The notes under the pieces are model-generated. The model ran no database searches and was not told the origin of the DNA. It saw nothing but the letters and a program-made list of their open reading frames with translations. Positions 10,201 to 19,850 of a DNA stretch of 64,000 nucleotides are shown here, piece after piece. How positions within the stretch are numbered: the first letter of the stretch is position 1; every line of letters starts with the position of its first letter. The stretch lies in the NCBI GenBank assembly GCA_964361405.1, contig CAYIAA010000001.1, forward strand, positions 84,917 through 148,916. The letters run 5' to 3'. Both the position numbers and the translations under genes were made by a program. The stretch comes from an uncultured Candidatus Saccharibacteria bacterium (GTDB taxonomy: Bacteria > Patescibacteriota > Minisyncoccia > Phycocordibacterales > UBA3531).

Positions 10201-10601
10201 GTATGGAATCGTCTGGAACAAAAGTATTTGTTCCAGTTTCAGAATTGGAAAGTGCTATTATCGATGCTAAAACTTACAAATTACCACTATTTATTACCTT
10301 CCATAGAATTAGTTCTTTGCCTGGCGATAAGCCAGGATATGAATTGGGCGAATTTAAAAAATTAATTGACTTTATCAAAAAAGAAAATTTAAAAGTAAAA
10401 ACACTTCGTGAATTCGATAGCGATAATGGTATTGAACAAAAATCGTTGATATTCATCGAAAATCAACCGCCACAGTTAAGTGTCGAAATATATATAAAAT
10501 CTGTTTCCATATTTGCTAGAATACAAAATATCATCATCAATAAATGGTTATTCTTTAGAACCATTGGGGATAAGGTCACCCAAGGTTTAAATTTTTTATG
10601 A
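7218..10601 (+). CDS. Membrane-anchored heparinase II/III-family lyase fused to a CE4 polysaccharide deacetylase
   Basis: N-terminal TM; YNHGLNEAAALYL, ENSPYYHFY, MRSGW, HSDFDALSF, HNTVVVD (heparinase II/III); VFDDG, NHSGHH, YPHG, TFH (NodB/CE4). Confidence 0.82.
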   Translation: MGKGVNKKFRLIEYVFLILIVFTFLTVAGKYSYKDLYESYKSYNESRRQQTIEIERQAYTCPPGTTTIIVVGGKICRTEVSDSTYKTIFDTYPFKSNGKEQIYEFFSEGDIESANQILANNIPLERYGYTKVSDPMSWTEDPLGDRYWRFLFYGFRPVQHLFFAFDQTNEKKYLKKAEEITLSFIDHGTDKPHAWDDFHAVSFRTMYLIKTWWMLRENNLLTYEVNEKILKTLEAHGDFLADPNHYDKGYNHGLNEAAALYLVAVNFPDFSQAPKWLELSKNRLNDSLITVVDTDGVLIENSPYYHFYTLEKYWELYNFAQKQNFPISDIFNERLQEMISYATYILQPNKEIPLLGASLKRKISYSGIYKDISQSFPELKYVLTNGKEGNKPTKLNITYPESGEVIMRSGWGVGEEFENQTQAIFDFGPYRTLHSDFDALSFSLYANGINLMPDAGLYAYEESDYKNYFHGTASHNTVVVDDLDQTKGTAVRGDFLETKDYVSQSAEHELYKGVSHMRSGTLIGKRYLLILDKLTSNEEHTYKQLFHLFPGARITTSGTSVKVFASSKDGEEEVMNIFQMAPDNISLDTIIGQTSPPRGWCAEEYAKAIPCYSLEYIQKFQNVTYATLIEIGKHDTRLLYSYDGKSIIINDSSQVINIDVTDIEGSYGRVAISNNSPVEIEKSSLNILKPENWEVTEKTKKYGQLIFESDSISFSTNTSGNPFYANIPVQIDLSNKNLLIKMRVVNRYDVNKLDILLSTNNWEGYIRSNLKDSYRKEYDGEWLTISLGKGLQRETGGQWRQYGTGFDWSNINAIRIVLGTEIQKTATLQLADIALIPSQKEGEVIIVFDDGFESILPAVTLMNDYGFKGNIAVIADKVTGNERGYLSLKQLKQIKEELGWDLINHSGHHVSALEAYVKYNDIDGFTEDLLAGAKFLIDNDLNTTPNWYIYPHGATNKAIKDIVGKYYAFARTTINQPEAYPFGDPLGVKTISADGMESSGTKVFVPVSELESAIIDAKTYKLPLFITFHRISSLPGDKPGYELGEFKKLIDFIKKENLKVKTLREFDSDNGIEQKSLIFIENQPPQLSVEIYIKSVSIFARIQNIIINKWLFFRTIGDKVTQGLNFL

Positions 10602-11539
10602 AACTAATTATTATTTTCTTTTTATCTTTTATATTTATTGTGTTTTTATATTCACATCCTAAGATTTTAATGCCAACACACTCAACATCAATCAAAGAAA
10701 AGAATCCAATCCTAGTTTCCCCAAGACCTAGCAATACCCCCGTTGTCACAGATGGGATTAAAATACTCTACCCAACGAAAGAAAATGGACGAGTCTGGTA
10801 TGCAGGGTGGTCAGATAGAGACGCGATAACCTTAAAAAGCGGAAAAAGCGACCCTTCTGACTTAGAATTTATTGCCCGAGGTAATGGAACGGTTTCTATT
10901 GGTGGTGAAGGCATAGCCCACCTTCAAGGGGCTTCTCCAAGAATGTATGTTCTTGATCCTGCAAAAAATAAAAAATGGAACAATGTCGAGGTTACGATAT
11001 ATGGAAAACGTATATCAGAAGCTGGTTTCGAGAGCTCGCAAGGCATAGTAATTGGAGCTAGAAGCGAGCATCAGGATGCAACGAAAGAAACCTCCTGCCT
11101 CGGGTGGACATATTATGGAAGATTACTTTATGATGGGCGTGCAGTTTTTCAGAAAGAAATAATTCATGAGGGAGCATATAGTATAAATAAACCAGAGGAG
11201 AATAATAAAGCGATTTGGGACACTACTGACGGTTCATTGCCGCGGAATAAATGGATCGGGGTAAAGTTTATAGTAAAAACAAATCTCGATAGAAAATCAG
11301 TAAAGTTAGAGCTTTACCGTGATTTAACGGACGGCTATAAGGGAGGAAATTGGGAAAAAGTCGCAGAATATACTGATAGCGGTGATTGGTTTCAAACTGA
11401 TACTGACGCAGACGTGATGGCGGTGTGCGGTTACCCAGCAAGTAAAATACTTTTAGACTCCGGTACTTCTGTTTTTATAAGAAATGATAAGGTTAAAGAT
11501 GTGGAATATAAATTATTCAGTATTAGGGAAATAGAGTAA
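10598..11539 (+). CDS. Secreted or anchored hypothetical protein, probable carbohydrate-active beta-sandwich
   Basis: Signal/anchor helix, Trp/Gly-rich beta-strand pattern (WNNVEVTIY, KWIGVKF, WEKVAEYTDSGDW); ATGA overlap with the upstream gene. Confidence 0.7.
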   Translation: MKLIIIFFLSFIFIVFLYSHPKILMPTHSTSIKEKNPILVSPRPSNTPVVTDGIKILYPTKENGRVWYAGWSDRDAITLKSGKSDPSDLEFIARGNGTVSIGGEGIAHLQGASPRMYVLDPAKNKKWNNVEVTIYGKRISEAGFESSQGIVIGARSEHQDATKETSCLGWTYYGRLLYDGRAVFQKEIIHEGAYSINKPEENNKAIWDTTDGSLPRNKWIGVKFIVKTNLDRKSVKLELYRDLTDGYKGGNWEKVAEYTDSGDWFQTDTDADVMAVCGYPASKILLDSGTSVFIRNDKVKDVEYKLFSIREIE

Positions 11540-11657
11540 TTACAAATTGAGTCCAAAGCAAGCAGTGGTGAGGAGGCTTTCATTAGTTAGGAATTTTTGA
11601 TAAAGTAGATTCTAACACAGTCATAAAGATACTTGTGATAAATCTAATAACATTCAT

Positions 11658-12173
11658 ATGGTTAATGTAGGAACACAGGCACCAGATTTTGAACTCGAGG
11701 GAGTGAAGGATGGCACATTCGCGAAGTATGCCCTTAAAAATTTCAAGGGGAAGTGGCTTGTGATATTTTTCTATCCACTCGACTTTACTTTTGTCTGCCC
11801 GACGGAAATCAGAGAATTTTCGAAACATACATCTGACTTTAAAAAGGCAAAAGCTGAAATAGTGGGAGTCTCTGTCGATTCCGTGCATTCGCACAAGGCA
11901 TGGATTGAGCACTCGCTGGGAAAGATTCATTTCCCACTCCTTTCTGATTTTCATAAAACTATGTCTACGGACTATGGAGTTCTAATTCCCGAAGAGGGTG
12001 TATCACTACGTGGGACTTTCATTGTTGACCCAAAGGGAATAATTCGACACATTACTATATCGGATAATGATGTTGGGCGAAGTGTTTCAGAAACGCTTCG
12101 GGTTGTGAAGGCATTACAGACAGGCCGCCTTTGCCCTGTTGAATGGAAACCTGGCGAGAAAACTCTTTCATAA
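11658..12173 (+). CDS. ahpC: 2-Cys peroxiredoxin
   Basis: FYPLDFTFVCPTE and LCPVEW motifs. Confidence 0.93.
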   Translation: MVNVGTQAPDFELEGVKDGTFAKYALKNFKGKWLVIFFYPLDFTFVCPTEIREFSKHTSDFKKAKAEIVGVSVDSVHSHKAWIEHSLGKIHFPLLSDFHKTMSTDYGVLIPEEGVSLRGTFIVDPKGIIRHITISDNDVGRSVSETLRVVKALQTGRLCPVEWKPGEKTLS

Positions 12174-12190
12174 TTTTTACATCGATTCAC

Positions 12191-12218
12191 AAAAAAGCTC
12201 TTTACCAAGGGCTTTTTT
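12191..12218 (+). terminator. Intrinsic terminator after ahpC
   Basis: AAAAAAGCTCTT-TACC-AAGGGCTTTTTT. Confidence 0.7.
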
Positions 12219-12239
12219 GAATGTATAGTTGAGCTACTT

Positions 12240-12980
12240 ATGCATATTGAGAAAATCCAGCGGAATGGTCACCTTCATCCACTCACCCTAATTATTAGGG
12301 ACTTGCTCGAAATATTTATTTCCCTTGGTTTTTCTATAGCCGAGAGTCCGGAACTTGAAAGCGAGCATTATAATTTTGATGTATTAAATATTCCCAAAAA
12401 TCATCCAGCTCGCGATATGCAAGATACTTTTTGGATTAAGGGGAGGAAAGACACCGTTCTTCGTACCCATGTATCAAATACACAAGTTCGTTACATGGAG
12501 AATAATAAACCGCCACTGCGAATTGTCTATTTCGGAAAAGTGTTCCGCAGTGAAGCAACCGACGCTACGCACGAAGCGCAATTTCGTCAATTTGAGGCGC
12601 TTGCCGTGGGGGAAGATATCACACTCGGTAATTTGAAATGGACACTTGAGCTTTTTCTAAAAAAACTTTTTGGCGAAAATGCTGAAATCAGGATTCGCCC
12701 TGGATATTTTCCATTTGTTGAACCAGGTCTCGAAGCGGATGTCGCGTGTTTTAAATGCGCTGGGAGAGGTTGCGGGCTCTGCAAGCACACTGGTTGGATT
12801 GAAGTATTGGGGGCAGGTATGGTGCACCCGAAAGTACTTGAAGCGGGAGGTATTGATAGCACGAAGTGGCGGGGGTTTGCATTTGGAGCCGGGTGGGAAC
12901 GCATAGCAATGCTCAAATACGGCATTGATGACATCCGACTTTTTTCTTCGGGTGACTTGCGGCTCGTGAATCAATTTTAA
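12240..12980 (+). CDS. pheS: Phenylalanyl-tRNA synthetase alpha subunit (no N-terminal coiled coil)
   Basis: GHLHPL, HPARDMQDTF, RPGYFPFVEP, GFAFGAGWER. Confidence 0.95.
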   Translation: MHIEKIQRNGHLHPLTLIIRDLLEIFISLGFSIAESPELESEHYNFDVLNIPKNHPARDMQDTFWIKGRKDTVLRTHVSNTQVRYMENNKPPLRIVYFGKVFRSEATDATHEAQFRQFEALAVGEDITLGNLKWTLELFLKKLFGENAEIRIRPGYFPFVEPGLEADVACFKCAGRGCGLCKHTGWIEVLGAGMVHPKVLEAGGIDSTKWRGFAFGAGWERIAMLKYGIDDIRLFSSGDLRLVNQF

Positions 12981-12984
12981 CAAA

Positions 12985-14931
12985 ATGGAGATACGTTTCT
13001 CTTATTCAGTATTAGCGTCACTTTTCGATGGAGCACTTCCGTCCGTTAAAGAACTTGAGCACCTTCTAACGCTACATTCATTTGAAGTTACATCAGTTTT
13101 AGAAGATAAGAATGATTCATATATCACAATCGATATTCTTCCAAATCGAGCTCATGACTGCCTAGGATATTATTTTTTGGCAAAGGAAATATCTGTACTC
13201 ACTGGGATTACATTAAAACCGCTTCCGTTTGAAAAAAAAGAAAGTAGCGCAGGTGTAGAGGTTACATTTCCATCGGTTACAGTGTCCACACCTCTGTGCA
13301 GGCGGTATATCAGTCGAAGAATAAATTCAGTGAGTGTAGGAGAAAGTCCAGCATGGCTCCGCGACGCGCTTCTGACAATGGGGCAGAAATCAATCAATAA
13401 CATAGTCGATGCGACGAATTACGTGATGTGGATTACGAATCAGCCTCTACACGCCTTTGACGCCGCGAAAGTCGTCGATTCTGCGATAACCATTCGTTTT
13501 GCAAAAAAAGGTGAGAGTATACTAACGCTGGACGGGAAAAGAATTGAACTTGATACGACCACGCTTACTATAGCTGATCCAGATGGCCCTCTCGCTATAG
13601 CAGGAGTCAAAGGTGGAGTACGGGCCGAAATTACTAGAGAGACCTCGGATATCATTCTTGAGTCCGCAAATTTCGACTCTGTATCAGTGAGAAAGGCTTC
13701 GCAGAAGATTGGCATACGAACCGAATCATCCAAGCGTTTTGAGCACGAAATATCACCAGAACTTGCGGCACTCGGAATGGATTTTGTTACAGACCTTATT
13801 CTCAAAGTCGGAGGATCAGGTGAGACGCGCATAAGTGATGTGGTAGATGTTTACGCGAATAAGGATGAATCACGTAGCATTATACTCTCTCCAGAGAGAG
13901 TAAATCGCATCTTGGGTACTGAATTTTCCGACAAAGATATTACGGAAATTCTCGACCGACTCGATTTTAAGGTTGACAGAGAGGGGGAATCGTATCAGGT
14001 TCAAATCCCTAGTGAACGGATCGATATTCAAATCGAGGCAGACCTCATTGAGGAAGTGGGGCGAGTATGGGGCTATGACAAAATAAAGGGCACTCCTCTT
14101 TCTCTATGGGGAATGGAGCCAAATCTGGGAAAAAACTATTTTTACCGCGCAAAAATAGAAGATATTTTGGTTAATAGTGGTTTTTCGCAAATTGAGATGT
14201 ATTCACTGGTGCCGAAAGGTGACATAGAAATTGAGAATCCACTAGCGGAAGATAAAAATTTTTTACGGAACAATCTGAAAGATGGGGTATTGCTTGCACT
14301 CCGGCATAATGCGCAGTATGGCGACCTCTTAGGAGTTCCGCGGGTGAAGGTTTTTGAAATCGGGACAATATTTAAGAAAAGTGCCGAGAGGGTTTCGTTT
14401 GCGCTGGGAATACGAAACACGAAACTCTATAGGGGCAAAGAAAAAGAATCCGTAGAACTCAAAAATATACTCAATTTCCTTGCGGAAAAATTAGGCATCC
14501 CTGAAGAAAAATTGGCGTCCTATACTGAAGTGCTTGAGTCGGAAGAGGGTGTAATCGCGGAAATTGGTTTCGAAGAACTTATTGCTTCTCTTCCTAACCC
14601 CTCTTCATATAAGGACGTTCTTCGGGTGGAGAGTCCTACGCACCGTTTTGTATCTCTTTCTCCATTCCCGTTTATTTCTCGGGATATTGCTCTCTTCGTA
14701 CCCGAAGGAACGGAAAAGGAACTCATCGAAAAAAGTATTGTTGAGGAGGGCGGTTTTCTTCTTGTTCGGCAAACATTATTCGATGTTTTTGAAAAAGAAG
14801 GAAAGATGTCATACGCCTATCGACTGGCTTTTCAAGCAACAGACCGCACACTCACTGATACGGAGATAAACAATATCATGAAACGCGTAACGGCGCGGCT
14901 TGAAGGTAACCCTGGTTGGCAGGTGAGGTAA
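12985..14931 (+). CDS. pheT: Phenylalanyl-tRNA synthetase beta subunit (short; appears to lack the B2 OB domain)
   Basis: ILPNRAHD, INNIVDATNY, LESANF, DLIEEVGRVWGY, SRDIAL, DRTLTD. Confidence 0.93.
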   Translation: MEIRFSYSVLASLFDGALPSVKELEHLLTLHSFEVTSVLEDKNDSYITIDILPNRAHDCLGYYFLAKEISVLTGITLKPLPFEKKESSAGVEVTFPSVTVSTPLCRRYISRRINSVSVGESPAWLRDALLTMGQKSINNIVDATNYVMWITNQPLHAFDAAKVVDSAITIRFAKKGESILTLDGKRIELDTTTLTIADPDGPLAIAGVKGGVRAEITRETSDIILESANFDSVSVRKASQKIGIRTESSKRFEHEISPELAALGMDFVTDLILKVGGSGETRISDVVDVYANKDESRSIILSPERVNRILGTEFSDKDITEILDRLDFKVDREGESYQVQIPSERIDIQIEADLIEEVGRVWGYDKIKGTPLSLWGMEPNLGKNYFYRAKIEDILVNSGFSQIEMYSLVPKGDIEIENPLAEDKNFLRNNLKDGVLLALRHNAQYGDLLGVPRVKVFEIGTIFKKSAERVSFALGIRNTKLYRGKEKESVELKNILNFLAEKLGIPEEKLASYTEVLESEEGVIAEIGFEELIASLPNPSSYKDVLRVESPTHRFVSLSPFPFISRDIALFVPEGTEKELIEKSIVEEGGFLLVRQTLFDVFEKEGKMSYAYRLAFQATDRTLTDTEINNIMKRVTARLEGNPGWQVR

Positions 14932-14936
14932 AAGTC

Positions 14937-15157
14937 GCCAACATTGTTTTTGAGAAACACTCGACCCGCTCCGGCGGCGGGTCTCATTCGTCCTCACGCG
15001 TCGTCTCGCAATTTGCGAGTCCAAGCACGCCGTGTTCCGGATGTTCTCAAAAACAATGTATGGCTCGAAGGTTGGAAATAACTCACGAATGTTCCAAAAA
15101 ATGACGCCAGATTCGTCTACTTGCGGAAACGCAGTCTCGTCCTCGGCATCTTTTTTG
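14937..15157. repeat. Inverted-repeat-bounded structured intergenic element(s), MITE-like or RNA-like
   Basis: 16-bp IR ACATTGTTTTTGAGAA (14941) / TTCTCAAAAACAATGT (15044) enclosing two hairpins; second unit CAAAAAA...TTTTTTG (15095-15157). Confidence 0.55.
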
Positions 15158-15205
15158 ACCAAGTAAGGGGGGCTTTTCCACACCCAAATACCACTAGATT
15201 TATGA

Positions 15206-17293
<2,088 letters not shown>

Positions 17294-17302
17294 TATCTTA
17301 AA

Positions 17303-17500
17303 ATGAGGTACGCGCCGCTAGGATTGGGACTTATTGGGCTCTTGGTAACTATGGCGATTGCCGTATATCTCTTGGAATTAAATTTGTCGTCTTTTACGGG
17401 TGCTCGATCTGAGAGCGGGACTGATGTAAAATACGGGAATGTTATAGAAGAAGTAGATATGCTGAAACAGGAAATTGAACGCACGCACGGAATTGAGTAA
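17303..17500 (+). CDS. Small membrane-anchored hypothetical protein
   Basis: Single TM helix; fills the gap between co-oriented genes. Confidence 0.6.
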   Translation: MRYAPLGLGLIGLLVTMAIAVYLLELNLSSFTGARSESGTDVKYGNVIEEVDMLKQEIERTHGIE

Positions 17501-17506
17501 AATAAC

Positions 17507-18100
17507 ATGCAAAATACATACACGCTAGGAATAGTGGCAATCGTAATCTTAACGTTAGTGATTATAGGCGTACAGTACATGTCAAAAGATAACGAATCGG
17601 GAGAAGGGATTCAGACCATCGTCATATTGAAAACAAATATGGGTGATGTCACTCTAGAACTTTTTCCGGCTGATGCACCGAAGACGGTAGAAAACTTTAT
17701 CACGCTCTCACAGAGGGGATTTTATGACGGGACAAAATTCCACCGTGTTATCAAGGATTTCATGATTCAAGGCGGGGATCCGAACTCAAAAGACGATGAT
17801 TGGTCTAATGACGGCACCGGAGGCCCGGGTTATATGTTCCCGGACGAGATTAACGAGCATAAGGTTCTCTACGGCGCACTTGCTATGGCAAATGCCGGGC
17901 CGAATACGAACGGGAGCCAGTTTTTCATCGTAACTAGAGAGTCGGCGCCTTGGCTTGATGGCCTCCACACGGTTTTCGGCCGCGTAATCGAAGGAATGGA
18001 CACGGTTACCAAGATTGAAAATCTCCCGACGACTGGGAATCCCACCAACCATCCAACCGAGGACGCCGTGATTGAAAGTGTTGTAATCCGGACGGAGTAA
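17507..18100 (+). CDS. Cyclophilin-type peptidyl-prolyl isomerase, membrane-anchored
   Basis: [36 protein letters not shown]. Confidence 0.95.
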   Translation: MQNTYTLGIVAIVILTLVIIGVQYMSKDNESGEGIQTIVILKTNMGDVTLELFPADAPKTVENFITLSQRGFYDGTKFHRVIKDFMIQGGDPNSKDDDWSNDGTGGPGYMFPDEINEHKVLYGALAMANAGPNTNGSQFFIVTRESAPWLDGLHTVFGRVIEGMDTVTKIENLPTTGNPTNHPTEDAVIESVVIRTE

Positions 18101-19837
18101 TCAGACTCTCTTTTCCTCTACTTCTTTTCCGAGAGATTCGATGAGCGCTCTTAAAGAGAAGGACTCTGACTTTTTGCCGCTTCTCGATTCTACGGTCACT
18201 GTGCCATTTTTTTCCTCGCGTTCACCAAGAACGAGGAAATAAGGAACTTTCTCGAGTTTTGCATTCCTGATTTTTTTGCCGAGTGTTTCATCCGTGACAT
18301 CGATTTCCGACCGGATACCGGCGTCTTTGAGCTTTTTATGCACCTCCTTGGCATAGGTACTTTGTAGAGCTCCGACTGAGAGCACTTTTACCTGGACAGG
18401 CGAGAGCCAAAGCGGAAATGCTCCGCCAAAGTGCTCGATTAGGACTGCAAGGTAGCGCTCGATTGAGCCCATAATGGCAGCGTGTATCATCACAATTCTC
18501 TCTGGTTTACCTTCTTCATTCACGCATGAGAGGTCGAAGCGCTCGGGAAGGTTCATGTCAAGCTGAATTGTCGCGACTTGCCATTCCCGCCCGAGAGAGT
18601 CCGTTGACATGAAATCAATCTTCGGGCCGTAAAAACTTGCTTCACCCAATCCTTCAGTCGCTTGTACTTTGTGCTCTTTCACAATCTCACGGAGTTTTCC
18701 TTCCGCGTCATTCCATGTTTCTCTACTTCCGAGGTATTCCTCCGGAGATTTCGGATCGTGGAGCGAGAGGCGGATCGAGAGAGGGAATCCTGAAGCTTTG
18801 TTGAAAGATTCCACAATGTCCCAAACGTTTTCTATTTCATTCTTTATGTCATTACTCCGACAAAATACATGTGCATCGTCTTGCGTAAATGCCCGCACTC
18901 GCGCGAGACCAGAAAGCTCACCACTCTGCTCATCTCGATAGACTTTCGTCGTCGATGCGTAGCGCACCGGCAGTTCGCGATAGCTCCACTGTTTTCTTGC
19001 GTAGATTTGTATATGGTGCGGGCAATTCATCGGTTTCAACGCCAACACATGTTTTTCCCGAGTTGTTATCGTGAAGAGTTGGTCTTTGAATTTGTCCCAG
19101 TGACCACTTTTCTCGTAGAGCTCCTTTCGCGTTAAGTGAGGAATGTCAACGCGCTCATAGCCAGATTTTTTCCGGAGTTCCCAGACGAAGTCATCGAGGG
19201 TATTTCGAAGGATTGTGCCCTTGGGGGTAAAGAGCGGAAGCCCGCCGCCAACGAGCGGCGAGAAAAAAAAGAGATCGAGTTCTTTCCCGAGTTTTCGGTG
19301 ATCACGCTCCTTAGCGGATTCCAATTGTAGAAGATGGGCGTTTAATTCTTCGGCGCTTGGAAAGACGGTTCCATAGATTCGCGTCAGCATCGTATTTTTC
19401 TCGTTTCCACGCCAATATGCCCCTGCTACGGAGAGAAGTTTGAAATGCGTGAGAGTGTGCTCTGGATCTTCTACATGCCCGCCTCTACAGAGATCGCTGT
19501 ATTCGCCGGATTGATAGATGGTGAGCTCCGCGCTATCTTTTGAGAATTCTTCTATCAATTCTCGCTTATAGGGATTATCGGGAAAAAGTGCGAGTGCTTC
19601 TTCTTTCGTGACTGTCTTTTTTACAAATCCTTTCCACGTCGAGAGAAGCTCGCGCATTTTTTTCTCGATTTTTGGAAGGTCGGCGTCGGAAATGGGCTGA
19701 GAAAACTCAAAATCGTAGTAGAAACCGTTTTTAATGGGGGGTCCGATAGCGCGCCGAGTGTCGGGCCAGAGATCGAGAACTGCCGCGGCAAGGAGATGTG
19801 CGGCGCTGTGGTGGAGGTCGTCCTTAGTTTGGGGCAT
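18101..19837 (-). CDS. thrS: Threonyl-tRNA synthetase (no N-terminal TGS domain)
   Basis: HSAAHLLA, DLCRGGH, RDHRKLG, KPMNCPHH, FYGPKID, GSIER; start placed at ATG 19837 after a -10 box. Confidence 0.96.
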   Translation of the reverse strand: MPQTKDDLHHSAAHLLAAAVLDLWPDTRRAIGPPIKNGFYYDFEFSQPISDADLPKIEKKMRELLSTWKGFVKKTVTKEEALALFPDNPYKRELIEEFSKDSAELTIYQSGEYSDLCRGGHVEDPEHTLTHFKLLSVAGAYWRGNEKNTMLTRIYGTVFPSAEELNAHLLQLESAKERDHRKLGKELDLFFFSPLVGGGLPLFTPKGTILRNTLDDFVWELRKKSGYERVDIPHLTRKELYEKSGHWDKFKDQLFTITTREKHVLALKPMNCPHHIQIYARKQWSYRELPVRYASTTKVYRDEQSGELSGLARVRAFTQDDAHVFCRSNDIKNEIENVWDIVESFNKASGFPLSIRLSLHDPKSPEEYLGSRETWNDAEGKLREIVKEHKVQATEGLGEASFYGPKIDFMSTDSLGREWQVATIQLDMNLPERFDLSCVNEEGKPERIVMIHAAIMGSIERYLAVLIEHFGGAFPLWLSPVQVKVLSVGALQSTYAKEVHKKLKDAGIRSEIDVTDETLGKKIRNAKLEKVPYFLVLGEREEKNGTVTVESRSGKKSESFSLRALIESLGKEVEEKRV

Positions 19838-19850
19838 ACGCTCCACTATA

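Larger units (their letters stand above)
4420..11540 (+). mobile_element. AT-rich genomic island with a polysaccharide synthesis/modification operon
   Basis: Visibly more AT-rich than the flanking housekeeping genes; next to a tRNA and HNH; four tightly coupled genes; no integrase; right boundary diffuse. Confidence 0.7.

Noticed and set aside
14809-15183. ORFs 14809-15183 (-) and 14916-15104 (+)
   Set aside because: They overlap pheT and the inverted-repeat element and have no protein-like features.
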